The notes below the pieces were generated by a model. The model had not been told where the DNA came from and made no database searches. It worked only from the letters and a program-made list of their open reading frames with translations. Below, piece by piece: positions 1 to 9,973 of a stretch of 64,000 nucleotides of DNA; position 1 is the stretch's first letter, and every line of letters starts with the position of its first letter. This DNA is from a virus: positions 215 to 64,214 of the IMG/VR virus record IMGVR_UViG_3300020202_000079. The stretch is one strand, 5' to 3'. Both the position numbers and the translations under genes were made by a program.

Positions 1-498
1 GATGAGATCGACGGCGTTGCCCAGCGGCATGCACGCAACGCGATCGAGGCGCTGGTCAAGCTCCTGTTCTATGGCTCGAGCGAGGCAGCGAAGATCACGG
101 CGGCGAAAGAGATTCTCGACCGCGGCTACGGCAAGCCTGCCGTCGAGATCGGCGGCGATGCGGCCCTCCTCCCGTTCATGCTGGCGCCGGCAACCGCCGC
201 CCAGTCGACGTCGCTGACAGCGGAGATCCGGAGCGAGTCGCGCAAATACGCCAATCTGGCTATCGAGGTGCTGCGCAAAATCGCGGCAGACGGCGCGAGC
301 GAGACCGCGATAGCGTCGGCCTCCAAGGCGCTGCTGGACCGCGGGCTTGGTACCGTCGGCAAGGCGCGCATGCCCGAAGAGCAGCGCGACCGGCCGCTCG
401 GCAAGAAGGAGATGGCGCAGCGCGCCGCGCAAGCTGCCGCGGTCGGGCGCCTGGCTACCCCAGCGCCTCCGAAGATGTTCGCTGAAACCGTGCAATGA
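1..498 (+). CDS. terS: Terminase small subunit (5' truncated by window edge)
   Basis: Frame open from base 1; two LDRG(Y/L)G helical motifs and a C-terminal GKKE..A..AA.G..ATP.PP motif; ATGA overlap with terL. Confidence 0.75.
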   Translation, partial: DEIDGVAQRHARNAIEALVKLLFYGSSEAAKITAAKEILDRGYGKPAVEIGGDAALLPFMLAPATAAQSTSLTAEIRSESRKYANLAIEVLRKIAADGASETAIASASKALLDRGLGTVGKARMPEEQRDRPLGKKEMAQRAAQAAAVGRLATPAPPKMFAETVQ

Positions 499-2276
499 CC
501 CCACTCGATCCCTGGTGGTCGACGGCATGCGTGGATTGGGAGCAGCGTATCGCCGAAGGGCGATCGCTCATTCCCTTCGAGCCGCTCTTCCCGGCCGAGG
601 CGGCGTCGGCGCTCAATGTCTTCAAGTCATGGCGCATCGTCGACGTGCCCGGCCGGCCGACCATGGGCGAGGCGTGTCGCCCCTGGTCGCTGGACTTCGC
701 AGGCACCGTGTTTGGCGCCTACGACCCTTCAACGGGCATCCGCTACATAAACGACTTCCACCTGGACATCGCCAAGAAGAACATCAAATCGACCTTGGCG
801 GCCGGCGTGATGACGACTGCGCTGATCCGCAACTGGCGCGAATCCGGCGAGTTCTACATCCTCGCGCCGACCAAGGAGATCGCCGACAACTCGTTTTTCC
901 CAGCCCGCGACATGGTCAACGCGGACGAGGAGGCGAGAGACCTTCTGCACGTCCAGTCCAACTTCAGGATGATCACGCATCGCAATACGGGTGCGTTCCT
1001 GAAGGTGGTAGCCGCCGACAGCGAAACCGTCGGCGGCAAGAAGACGATCGGGCTCTTCATCGACGAGCTCTGGCTGTTCGGCAAGCGTGCCAATGCCGAC
1101 GCGATGATCCGGGAAGCCAAGGGCGGGCTGGCCTCACGTCCCGAGGGGTTCGTGATCTCAGCTTCGACCAAGCCTGACGGTCCGCCTGCCGGCGTCTATG
1201 CGCAGCGGCTCGACTATTTCCGTGGCGTGCGCGACGGCAAGATCAACGACCCGCGCAGCCTCGGCGTGCTCTACGAATATCCGAAGCGTTTCATCGACAG
1301 CGGCGACTTCAAGAAGCGCGAATTCTTCTTCATCCCGAACCCGAATCTCGGCACCTCCGTCTCCGAGCAGTATCTGATCGACGAGCGCGCGAAGGCCGAA
1401 CATGCCGGCCAGGCGGCTCTGGTCAATTTCTACGCCAAGCACCTCAACGTGCAGCCGAGCATGGCCATGCGCTCCGATGGCTGGGCGGGTGCGCTGGTGT
1501 GGGGACGAGGCCTCGAGCCGACGCTTACGCTGGACGAGCTGCTCGCCAGGTCGGAAGTCGTGACGGTCGGGATCGATGGCGGCGGCCTGGACGACATCCT
1601 CGGCGTGGCGGTGATCGGCCGGGATCGTGAGACCAAACGCTGGCTCTGCTGGGCGCACGGGCTGATCTCGACGGTTGGTGTGCTGCGCCGCAAGGCGAAT
1701 GCATCGGACTACCTGACCTTCAAGCGCGCCGGCGAGCTCACCGTCTTCCGCTTCGGCCTCGAGGAGGAAGAGGAGGCGAGCGACCCGGCCCTGATCGAGC
1801 TGCTCGCCGACGTGCCGCCGGCCGACACGGATCCCGAGACGCTAGCGCCGGACATCAAGTTCGTGGTCGACCTTGTCGCGCGCATCGAGGAGCTCGGGTT
1901 GCTCGCGCAGGTCGGGGTCGATGCCGCGGGGATCGGCGGCATCGTCGATGCGCTGGCTGCCATCGGCATCACCCAGGACGCGGAGACGCTCGAAGGCATC
2001 CGGCAGGGCATCGCCTTGATGGGTGCGATCAAGACGATCGAGCGCAAGCTGGCCGATGGCACCTTCCGGCACGGCGCGTTGCTCCTGCTCACCTGGTGCG
2101 TCAGCAACCTCAAGATCGTGCCTACGCCCACCGCAATGCGCGTTGCAAGAGACGAGTCCGGTTTCGGAAAGGTCGACGTCGCGATGGCCCTGTTCAATGC
2201 CGCTGCCCTGATGGGCCTCAACCCGGAAGCTTCAGGAGCGTTTTCCGAAGACTACCAGCTGCCGGTGTGGGCATGA
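495..2276 (+). CDS. terL: Terminase large subunit (Terminase_1/HK97-like)
   Basis: Walker A IAKKNIKST, Walker B LFIDELW, nuclease VGIDGGGLDD and KVDVAMALFNA. Confidence 0.95.
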   Translation: MTPLDPWWSTACVDWEQRIAEGRSLIPFEPLFPAEAASALNVFKSWRIVDVPGRPTMGEACRPWSLDFAGTVFGAYDPSTGIRYINDFHLDIAKKNIKSTLAAGVMTTALIRNWRESGEFYILAPTKEIADNSFFPARDMVNADEEARDLLHVQSNFRMITHRNTGAFLKVVAADSETVGGKKTIGLFIDELWLFGKRANADAMIREAKGGLASRPEGFVISASTKPDGPPAGVYAQRLDYFRGVRDGKINDPRSLGVLYEYPKRFIDSGDFKKREFFFIPNPNLGTSVSEQYLIDERAKAEHAGQAALVNFYAKHLNVQPSMAMRSDGWAGALVWGRGLEPTLTLDELLARSEVVTVGIDGGGLDDILGVAVIGRDRETKRWLCWAHGLISTVGVLRRKANASDYLTFKRAGELTVFRFGLEEEEEASDPALIELLADVPPADTDPETLAPDIKFVVDLVARIEELGLLAQVGVDAAGIGGIVDALAAIGITQDAETLEGIRQGIALMGAIKTIERKLADGTFRHGALLLLTWCVSNLKIVPTPTAMRVARDESGFGKVDVAMALFNAAALMGLNPEASGAFSEDYQLPVWA

Positions 2277-2431
2277 TTTTTGCCGTCTCCAGATTCATCG
2301 TCGCGGCCGCCGGAGTTGCGCTCGTCGGATATGGGGCTTGGCTGCATTATCCGCCTCTCGGCTTCGTCATCGGGGGTTTGATGCTCTTCGGCCCAGCGTT
2401 GATCGGGGCGCTGCGCGCCGGGAGGGCGTGA
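2273..2431 (+). CDS. Small two-TM membrane protein
   Basis: 52 aa hydrophobic ORF, ATGA-coupled to terL, typical terL-portal position. Confidence 0.7.
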   Translation: MIFAVSRFIVAAAGVALVGYGAWLHYPPLGFVIGGLMLFGPALIGALRAGRA

Positions 2432-2434
2432 GGC

Positions 2435-3829
2435 ATGGACTGGTTCTCGCGTTTCCTCGGGACGCCGGACGTTGGAGCGCAGGACCGCTATGTCGACGAC
2501 TGGCTGAAGGGCCTGGAGCGCGGCCTTGTGTCCGCTACCGGCATCCGCGTCACCGTCCAGGAGGCGCTGACAGTTCCCGGTATCGCCGCCTGTGTACAGG
2601 TGCAGTCGGAAGACCTGGGCAAGGTACCGCTCGAGCTCAAGAAGCGCGCCGACAAAGGCTTTCTGCCGGGAGATGACCACGATCTGTATCGATTGCTCAA
2701 GTTCGGCCCGGCGCCTTGGCTCCCGTCCTACAGGTGGCGCAAGGCCATGGTCCATGGGGCAATGGCGCACGGCAATCACTATTCGCGCGCCTGGCGCAGC
2801 GATGCTGGGAGGCTGGACAGGATCACGCCGATTCAGCAGGGCCGCTGCACGCCGCGCTGGGCCGATGACGGCGAGCCCTTCTTCGACGTGACGTCGAAAA
2901 CCGGCATCGAGCGTGGCCTGACCTGGCAAGACATCATCCACGTTGCCTACCGCGACTCCAACGACGGCGCGGAAAACGGCGGCATCATCGGCGTCTCGCC
3001 GATCCTGCAGAACAAGGAAACCGTCGCCTTGATGCTCGCTGCCGAGCGTTTCGCAGCGGCCTTCTTCGCGAACGGCGCGCAGCCGTCGATGATCCTCGAA
3101 TACGACAAGAAGCTGCCGAACGATGAGGTCGCAGCACGCATCCGTGCTGGGATCGAGCGTGTCTATGCGGGCATCGGCAACAAGTGGAAGGTTGCGATCC
3201 TCGAGCTCGGCATGAAGATGCGCGAGATCTCGTTCGACCCCTCGAAGACACAATTAACGGAGACTCGCAAGCTCGGCGCCGAGATGGCGTGCACGATGTA
3301 CCGCACGCCGCCGCACAAGATCGGGCTTTTGGAGAGAGCGACCAACAACAATATCGAGCACCAGTCCATCGACTATGTGACGGGCCCGCTGTCGGCACTC
3401 GCGAAGTCGGTCGAATCCGCGATCGCCACCACTTGCCTGACCCCGGCGGAGCGCGAAACCTACAAGGTCGAGCATAACCTCGAAGGGCTGATGCGTGGCG
3501 ATCTCCTCTCCCGGTACCGCGCATATGCGATCGGCCGGCAGTGGGGCTGGCTCTCGGTTAACAAAGTCCTCGAGCGTGAGAACGAAAACACGATCGGCTC
3601 AGAGGGCGATCAATATCTTGTGCCGCTCAACATGGTGCCAGCCGGCGAAGACCCGATGAAGGACGATCCGCAAAGGCCCGGCAGCGCATCCTACTGGATG
3701 CCAGGCGATGTGCGCTATGCCATGCCGGCCTTCGCATCGTTCGATCCGAATCGCGTCAACGGACACAAGGTTCTGCGCCGTGTCGCGTCGATCGTCGGTG
3801 CCAAAGGCGAACCACTCTACCTCAACTGA
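2435..3829 (+). CDS. HK97-family portal protein
   Basis: ANGAQPSMIL, RTPPHKIG, NNNIEHQSID, LMRGD...RYRAY motifs. Confidence 0.95.
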   Translation: MDWFSRFLGTPDVGAQDRYVDDWLKGLERGLVSATGIRVTVQEALTVPGIAACVQVQSEDLGKVPLELKKRADKGFLPGDDHDLYRLLKFGPAPWLPSYRWRKAMVHGAMAHGNHYSRAWRSDAGRLDRITPIQQGRCTPRWADDGEPFFDVTSKTGIERGLTWQDIIHVAYRDSNDGAENGGIIGVSPILQNKETVALMLAAERFAAAFFANGAQPSMILEYDKKLPNDEVAARIRAGIERVYAGIGNKWKVAILELGMKMREISFDPSKTQLTETRKLGAEMACTMYRTPPHKIGLLERATNNNIEHQSIDYVTGPLSALAKSVESAIATTCLTPAERETYKVEHNLEGLMRGDLLSRYRAYAIGRQWGWLSVNKVLERENENTIGSEGDQYLVPLNMVPAGEDPMKDDPQRPGSASYWMPGDVRYAMPAFASFDPNRVNGHKVLRRVASIVGAKGEPLYLN

Positions 3830-3842
3830 GAGGACCAACTTC

Positions 3843-4730
3843 ATGACCCGCGCCTATCAGGCGCTCACGGCAGAGCCGTGGGCGATCGAACCGTCTTGGC
3901 TCCACCTCCTGGCCGCAGTCGCGCGACGCGACAGCGCATCGCCCGAGCTGCAGGCGCGGCAGGATTGGCAGGAACGCGACTATGCGGCCATGGCCGGGCC
4001 CGCGGCGGCGCGGCTGGCTGGAGCTCATCGGGCATATGTGATTGACGGCGTGGCAATCCTCCCGATCACCGGGCCGATCTTTCCTCGTGCGAATCTCATG
4101 ACCGAGATGTCAGGCGCCTCGTCGGTCACGATGCTCCAGAACGATTTCCGCATTGCGCTCGAGAACAAGGATATCGGGGCGATTCTGATGCTGATGGACA
4201 CTCCGGGTGGGGCGGTGTCGGGAATCAACGCGTTCGCCGACACGGTGCATGCAGGGGCGAAGACAAAGCCCGTCGTCGCGCATGTGGCCGGCACCGCCGC
4301 TTCGGCCGGATACTGGATTGCCAGCTCGGCGAGCGAGATCACCATGGAGCGGACTGGCATGGTCGGCTCCATCGGTGTGGTCTCGGCAATCCCCAAGCAA
4401 GTCGAACCCGACAAGAACGGCGAGATGTGGATCGAGATCGTCTCCACCAACGCGCCGAACAAACGCCCAGATCCCGAGAGCGACGAAGGTCGCAGCGAAA
4501 TCGTGACCATGCTCGATGCAATCGAGCAGCAGTTCATCGCTGACGTCGCCCGCGGACGCAAGGTATCAGTCGAGAAGGTCAAGGCCGAGTTCGGCGCCGG
4601 CGGCATGAAGGTCGGCAAGGCCGCGATCGCGGCCGGCATGGCCGACAGGGTGCAATCGCAAGACGCAACGCTCAACGCGCTGCGCAAGGAAGTGGCCAAC
4701 AAGCGCCGCCTCGAGGCGCTGAGGCAGTAA
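3843..4730 (+). CDS. S49 (SppA-like) capsid maturation protease
   Basis: DTPGGAVSG, ASAGYWIAS, GSIGV motifs; GAGG SD before ATG 3843. Confidence 0.9.
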   Translation: MTRAYQALTAEPWAIEPSWLHLLAAVARRDSASPELQARQDWQERDYAAMAGPAAARLAGAHRAYVIDGVAILPITGPIFPRANLMTEMSGASSVTMLQNDFRIALENKDIGAILMLMDTPGGAVSGINAFADTVHAGAKTKPVVAHVAGTAASAGYWIASSASEITMERTGMVGSIGVVSAIPKQVEPDKNGEMWIEIVSTNAPNKRPDPESDEGRSEIVTMLDAIEQQFIADVARGRKVSVEKVKAEFGAGGMKVGKAAIAAGMADRVQSQDATLNALRKEVANKRRLEALRQ

Positions 4731-4792
4731 TCCACGGCGGAGGCCGCCGGGACCCCGGCTCGCTCAGAGCCACCACACCAAGGAGAACTCCT

Positions 4793-6253
4793 ATGACGTT
4801 GAAGCTTGGCTTCGGCGTCGGCCTCGCGGCCGTCGTCGTGCTCATGGCCCTTGCGGTCGCAACATCCTACCCGGTCGGAGACCCGACGGCCGGGCTTCTC
4901 ATGGCGCTGACGCCGCTGCCGGCAGCTCTGCCGCGAGATCTGGTCGGTCTGCGCCAGCTCAGGGCGACTGCCTACCAGGAAATGGAGGCCGCGCTCGCGC
5001 TTGAAGGCGATGCTCGGCAGACAGAGTTCGATGCCGCTTCGGCGAACGTCGAGCGGCTCGATGGCGAGATCGCAAATGTCGAGCGGCTCCAGAAGCTGAA
5101 GGGCGGTAGCGCATTGCCGGGGATCATCGATCCCAACCAGGTCGGCGGCTTCATGGCGAAATACGCCAAGCTGCCGGCGGGCGCGCATGCGCTACGGCCG
5201 GGCCAGACCCTGACCGACGCCCAGACGGCTGCCTTTGGCGACATGCTGCAGGCAGTCCGGAGGGCAGCACTTGGGCGCGGAACCGACGAGCGCCTGGTCG
5301 AGGCTTCGCTCGGCTCGAACGAGACCGTGGCCGAAGATGGCGGCTTCCTAATCGAGAAGGACGTCAATGACGGCCTACTGCGGCGCACCTTTGAGCGGTC
5401 CATGATCGGCAGCAAGGTCCGCCGGATTCCGATCTCGGCCAAATCGAACGGCCTCAAGATCAACGCGCTGAAGGACGACAGCCGCGCAACAGGAGCGAGG
5501 TGGGGCGGCCTGCAGCTCTACCACATCGGGGAAGGCGACTCCCTGACGCCGTCGCGTCCGAAGTTCCGCCAGATGAACCTGCAGTTGAAAAAGCTCGCCG
5601 GCCTGCTCTATGCGACCGACGAAATGCTGCAGGACTCAACGGCGCTTGCCGGCGTCATCGCCGAGGCCTTCCCGGACGAGTTCTCGTTCATGGTCGACGA
5701 CATGATCTTCGAAGGCGGCGGTGTATCCACTGCTCTCGGCTTCATGAATGCAGGTTGCAAGGTCGCGATCGCCAAGGAGACCGGGCAGGCCGCGCGAACC
5801 ATCCTCTTCGAGAACATCACCAAGATGTTCGCGCGGCTCCCCGCGCGGTCGATCCCGAAGTCTGAATGGTGGGTGAACCAGGACACCATGCCGGCACTGA
5901 TGGCTCTGCACCAGGTTATCGGCACCGGCGGCGTGCCCGTTTTCCTGCCGCCCGGTGGCCTGTCCTCGTCGCCCTATGGCACGCTGCTCGGCCGGCCGGT
6001 GATCCCGCTCGAGTTCAGCAACACGCTGGGCACCGAGGGCGACATCGTGCTTGCCGATCCCTCGAACTACGTGATGATCGACAAGGGCGACATCCAGTAC
6101 GCGACATCCATTCACGTCGCGTTCCTGACCAACGAGCAGGCGTTCCGCTTCATCTACCGGTACGACGGGCAGCCGGTCGACGACAAGCCGATCACGCCGT
6201 TCAAGGGCACCGACAAGCAGTCGACCTTCATCACCCTCGCCAACCGCGCCTGA
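4793..6253 (+). CDS. Major capsid protein, HK97 fold, with hydrophobic N-terminal extension
   Basis: EDGGFLIEKD, KLAGLLYATDEML, TLLGRPVI, FLTNEQAFRFIYRYDGQP; AAGGAGA SD. Confidence 0.93.
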   Translation: MTLKLGFGVGLAAVVVLMALAVATSYPVGDPTAGLLMALTPLPAALPRDLVGLRQLRATAYQEMEAALALEGDARQTEFDAASANVERLDGEIANVERLQKLKGGSALPGIIDPNQVGGFMAKYAKLPAGAHALRPGQTLTDAQTAAFGDMLQAVRRAALGRGTDERLVEASLGSNETVAEDGGFLIEKDVNDGLLRRTFERSMIGSKVRRIPISAKSNGLKINALKDDSRATGARWGGLQLYHIGEGDSLTPSRPKFRQMNLQLKKLAGLLYATDEMLQDSTALAGVIAEAFPDEFSFMVDDMIFEGGGVSTALGFMNAGCKVAIAKETGQAARTILFENITKMFARLPARSIPKSEWWVNQDTMPALMALHQVIGTGGVPVFLPPGGLSSSPYGTLLGRPVIPLEFSNTLGTEGDIVLADPSNYVMIDKGDIQYATSIHVAFLTNEQAFRFIYRYDGQPVDDKPITPFKGTDKQSTFITLANRA

Positions 6254-6345
6254 CGCGCTTCGGCGCTCTGTCGGCGCCGGCCGGGCTGTGCCGGCCGGCG
6301 CATCTTCACCCTTCTCGCAATTCTTTCCCCTGAGGGAGAAACCAA

Positions 6346-6819
6346 ATGTCGAATCTCACATTCGGCGAGCGGCACATCGTCAAGGGTCTCGACGCTGTCG
6401 CCGACGCCTTTTCGGGCACCGTCTACTCCGACGTCGTCAATGCGGAGGCGTACCACGCCGTCCGCTTCATCGTTCACAAGGGCGTCGGCGCCACCGGCAC
6501 CTCGACGCTCACGATTGAGGCCTGCGACAATGCCGCCGGCGACAACCCCGAAGCGGTGCCCTTCTACTACCAGAAGTACGACAATTCCGACGACGTGCCG
6601 GACGACGTCCAGGCGGCGACGACGTCAGGCTTCGCCACTGTCGCGGGATCGAGCCAGCTGTATGTGCTGGAAGTCGAATCGCAGCGGTTTCCGGCGGCCA
6701 AGCCCTGGGTCCGCCTGAAGGCCGTCGAGGTGGTCGACAGCCCCGTGCTCGGCGGCATCCTCATCGAGATGCTGAAGCCGCGTTACGCGCGGCAGGTTCC
6801 CGACACGGTCATCGCCTGA
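6346..6819 (+). CDS. Putative capsid decoration/accessory protein
   Basis: Beta-rich 157 aa ORF directly after capsid gene, GGAGA SD. Confidence 0.6.
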   Translation: MSNLTFGERHIVKGLDAVADAFSGTVYSDVVNAEAYHAVRFIVHKGVGATGTSTLTIEACDNAAGDNPEAVPFYYQKYDNSDDVPDDVQAATTSGFATVAGSSQLYVLEVESQRFPAAKPWVRLKAVEVVDSPVLGGILIEMLKPRYARQVPDTVIA

Positions 6820-6922
6820 CCTTTCAGCCTGATCCTGATCCCGGGCGCGTCGGGTTTCCCGGCGCGTCTTCTCCCCTTTCGCCAAGCATGGCGGCCGATA
6901 GGCCGAAAACAGGAGAACGAGC

Positions 6923-7636
6923 ATGTCCATTCATTCGATCCACATCAACGGCGCCCTCGCCTTCTGGGAGGGTCACCGCAAACGCATCGTCGACGCGCTT
7001 GGCTCCGATGTCGTGAAGTTTGTGGACGATTTCGTTGCCGTGCCCGGCACCGATGCCACTCTCGACCAATGGACCATCACGCTGGTCGAGGCCGGCGCCG
7101 GAGAATCCACTGTGGCCGCCGGAACGGGTGGCAACGGCACGCTGGTCATCACGACGGACGGTAACGAGGATGATGGCGTCAACATGCAGCTGAAGGGCGA
7201 GGCCTTCAAGCTCGAGGCGAACAAGCCGCTCTATTTCGGCGTCCGCTTCAAGATCAGCGACGCCACGCAGTCGGATTTCTTCATCGGGCTCGCAATCACC
7301 GACACCACCATCCTCGGCGGCGTGACCGACTCGATCGGTTTCCTGAAGGCCGATGGCTCTACGGCTATGTCCTTCGACATCAACAAGAACTCGACGGCAA
7401 CGAATGTCGCGGCGATCCACACGGTCGTCGACGATACCTTCCTTGTCGCCGAATTCTACTGGAACGGGGCCGCACTCGAGGTTTTCGTTAACGGCGCGTC
7501 CGTTTCGGTGCCGGCTATCACCAACCTGCCGGACGACGAGGAACTGACGCCCTCCATCCATTTCCTGGCAGGTGCTGCAGCCGCGAAGACCTGCACCCTC
7601 GACTGGATGCGCTGCATCAAGTTCGGCCGACAGTAA
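6923..7636 (+). CDS. Virion-associated protein, lectin/jelly-roll-like
   Basis: Beta-rich, AEFYWNG..LEVFVNG segment; AGGAGA SD. Confidence 0.55.
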   Translation: MSIHSIHINGALAFWEGHRKRIVDALGSDVVKFVDDFVAVPGTDATLDQWTITLVEAGAGESTVAAGTGGNGTLVITTDGNEDDGVNMQLKGEAFKLEANKPLYFGVRFKISDATQSDFFIGLAITDTTILGGVTDSIGFLKADGSTAMSFDINKNSTATNVAAIHTVVDDTFLVAEFYWNGAALEVFVNGASVSVPAITNLPDDEELTPSIHFLAGAAAAKTCTLDWMRCIKFGRQ

Positions 7637-7683
7637 AAACCGCCGCTCTCCCCGCACTCATTCGCCACTGAGGTTGCCCTGCC

Positions 7684-8091
7684 ATGGCCGTCGCCGGAAC
7701 TGTCACCGTCACCACTTCGGATCTGGGCGGCGGCTACTCGAAGTACAGCATCGCCTGGGTGTCGTCGGCAGGCGGTGCGGTCGCAGAGAATGCCGTCGGG
7801 ATCAAACGCGGCCATATCCACCAGGCGAAGTTCGTTCCGGATGGTGGCGGCACGCAGCCCACCGATCTCTACGACGTCACTCTCCTCGACGCGATCAGCG
7901 GTGGCGTCGATTTCCTGACCGGCATCGGTGCCAACCTTTCGAACGCTAACCGCAAGATCGGCGTGCCGCAGGTCGGCGACGGCACTACCGCGCTACAGCG
8001 TGTCTTCCATGAAGGCGGGGACCTCTATCCGACCGTCGCCAATGCCGGCAACGCCAAGGGCGGCACCATCATCCTTGTCATGGGGCCTTGA
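7684..8091 (+). CDS. Hypothetical virion protein
   Basis: G/T/V-rich ORF in head-neck block. Confidence 0.6.
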   Translation: MAVAGTVTVTTSDLGGGYSKYSIAWVSSAGGAVAENAVGIKRGHIHQAKFVPDGGGTQPTDLYDVTLLDAISGGVDFLTGIGANLSNANRKIGVPQVGDGTTALQRVFHEGGDLYPTVANAGNAKGGTIILVMGP

Positions 8092-8093
8092 TC

Positions 8094-8354
8094 ATGAAAG
8101 CCAAGATGACGTTCCACTACACGAGCGCGGCCGGCGCGATCGCGCTCGCCAAGGCCGGCGAGGCGATCCCCGCTGAGGACCGCGCCGTCTTTCGGGAAGG
8201 CGACCCGCGCGTTGAGCGCGTCGCTGAAGCCGTTCCGGCCGCGGCGGCGGCCGACGAGCTGCAGGCCGAGGACCCCGCACCGGTTCCGCCACCCCCGCCC
8301 GTGGATCAACTCAAGGCCAAGAAGCCCGCCAGCAAGCCCCGTCCCAAAAAATGA
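8094..8354 (+). CDS. Small protein with Pro/Lys-rich tail
   Basis: Typical short ORF before the head-tail connector. Confidence 0.6.
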   Translation: MKAKMTFHYTSAAGAIALAKAGEAIPAEDRAVFREGDPRVERVAEAVPAAAAADELQAEDPAPVPPPPPVDQLKAKKPASKPRPKK

Positions 8355-8998
8355 TGTCGACCCTGGCGGTCACGACGCCCGCCACGTCGTTGGCCCTGCT
8401 CACGCCGGCCGAGCTGCGCGAGGCCGCCGGCGTCAGCGACAACAGCCAAGACGCCAAACTCGCCGCGCTCGGGCTTCGCATCGCGGCCGCAATCACGGCC
8501 GAATGCGGTGTCGCAGTCGGAGCAGGGGCGGCACCGACGCTCCGACGCGAGACGCTGACCCAGACGATGCGTTGCGTCGGGGCAAAGCAGATCGAGCTCG
8601 CCCGGCGGCATGAGGTATCGATCACGAGCGTCGTGGCCGATCTGGAGACGCTGACAACCGACGATTATGTGGTCGACCCCGAATCCGGGCTGCTGACACG
8701 GCTCAGCAGCGACTTGCCGATCAATTGGTGCGCGAACAAGGTCACCGTGGTGTACGCCGCCGGCTTCGACGAAGTGCCGCCTGACCTGAAGATGGCCGCT
8801 ATGGATTTTGTGCGGCTGGCCTGGGCTGAATCACGTCGCGACCCTGCCTTGCGCGGTGAAGTCGTGGACATCCCTGACGTTCGTCGGGTGGAAAAGACTT
8901 GGTGGGTCGGATCGGTGCCGGGGTCCTCGCATGAGGGTGCGGTGCCGGACATCGTCGCCGGACAACTCGCACGATTCCGCAATTTGGTGTTTGCCTGA
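8351..8998 (+). CDS. Head-tail connector (gp6-like)
   Basis: LTPAELREAAG, VTVVYAAGFDEVPPDLKMAA motifs. Confidence 0.8.
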   Translation: MMSTLAVTTPATSLALLTPAELREAAGVSDNSQDAKLAALGLRIAAAITAECGVAVGAGAAPTLRRETLTQTMRCVGAKQIELARRHEVSITSVVADLETLTTDDYVVDPESGLLTRLSSDLPINWCANKVTVVYAAGFDEVPPDLKMAAMDFVRLAWAESRRDPALRGEVVDIPDVRRVEKTWWVGSVPGSSHEGAVPDIVAGQLARFRNLVFA

Positions 8999-9402
8999 TG
9001 GAAAATCCCGGCATCTATTCGCTTGGCGACTTCACGATCACCGCGGCCGGCACGCAGATAGGCACCGTGGTCGACGACCTGGCGGGTGTGGCCGAGCTCG
9101 ACGCGCAGCTGCGGCTTGCCTATGGCAGCGGCGGTACGGCGGTGAAGGCCTATCTGCAGTCTTCACTCGATCAGGGCACGACCTGGTTCGACCTGTTGTG
9201 CTTCACCGCCACTACGGCGGGCAAGACGCGGGCGCGGCGGCTGAAGCCGGACGGCAACGAACTGACACCGACCGATGGCGCGTTGGCTGACGACACGGTC
9301 GCGGCCGGCATCGTGCTCGGCGACCGCTTCCGGCTGAAGGTCGTTTCGACCGGCACCTATGCCGGGAGCACCGTGCTTTCGGCGCGGGTGCACGCGCGGT
9401 GA
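8998..9402 (+). CDS. Hypothetical virion protein
   Basis: Coupled ORF, YLQSSLDQGTTWFD jelly-roll-like segment. Confidence 0.6.
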   Translation: MENPGIYSLGDFTITAAGTQIGTVVDDLAGVAELDAQLRLAYGSGGTAVKAYLQSSLDQGTTWFDLLCFTATTAGKTRARRLKPDGNELTPTDGALADDTVAAGIVLGDRFRLKVVSTGTYAGSTVLSARVHAR

Positions 9403-9758
9403 TAACGCCGGCCGAGCTGATCGCCGATCTCGATGCGGCTCTGGAAGAGGGCGGGAACACGGTCACCCTCCGGCGGCTGACGCTTGGGCCCGGCGGCACG
9501 CAGATACCATTCGATGCCGAAGGCCTCCCGGCGTCTGTCCGGCCGCTGAAGCCGGAAGAGCTCGTCGGCGGCATCGATCAGACCTGGTCGAAGGTTGTTC
9601 TCAGCCCGACCGGGATCAACGCCGCACAGTGGCCGCTGCCGATCCGCAAGGGCGACAAGATCGTCGAGACGAGCGGCAAGATCCGCAACATCGAGTTCCC
9701 GGGGCACATCTCGGTACAGGACGTGTTGGTCCGGATCGAACTGATGGTTGGAGGATGA
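9399..9758 (+). CDS. Head-closure/head-tail joining protein
   Basis: Size, position, VRPLKPEELVGGIDQ and PIRKGDKI motifs. Confidence 0.65.
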   Translation: MITPAELIADLDAALEEGGNTVTLRRLTLGPGGTQIPFDAEGLPASVRPLKPEELVGGIDQTWSKVVLSPTGINAAQWPLPIRKGDKIVETSGKIRNIEFPGHISVQDVLVRIELMVGG

Positions 9759-9973
9759 TGATTCGGTTGCGCTCTCACTCCAACAGGGCCCGAACGGATC
9801 GTTGCGGCCTGCGCAGCATGCCGTCGCGGTACTTTGATGACCGGGGCCTCAAGAGCGTTGCCGGCGGGGCGGCACGGCACAGCCGCAGGCTACCCTTCGT
9901 TGGGCTGAAGGCGAGGTTGCGCGGTTGGCATTTCACGCCCTGGGCGCGGCCGTGGGTCGCGCAGCGCTTCTGA
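9755..9973 (+). CDS. Small Arg-rich ORF
   Basis: 72 aa; ATG overlaps the upstream stop and its stop abuts the next ATG. Confidence 0.4.
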   Translation: MMIRLRSHSNRARTDRCGLRSMPSRYFDDRGLKSVAGGAARHSRRLPFVGLKARLRGWHFTPWARPWVAQRF

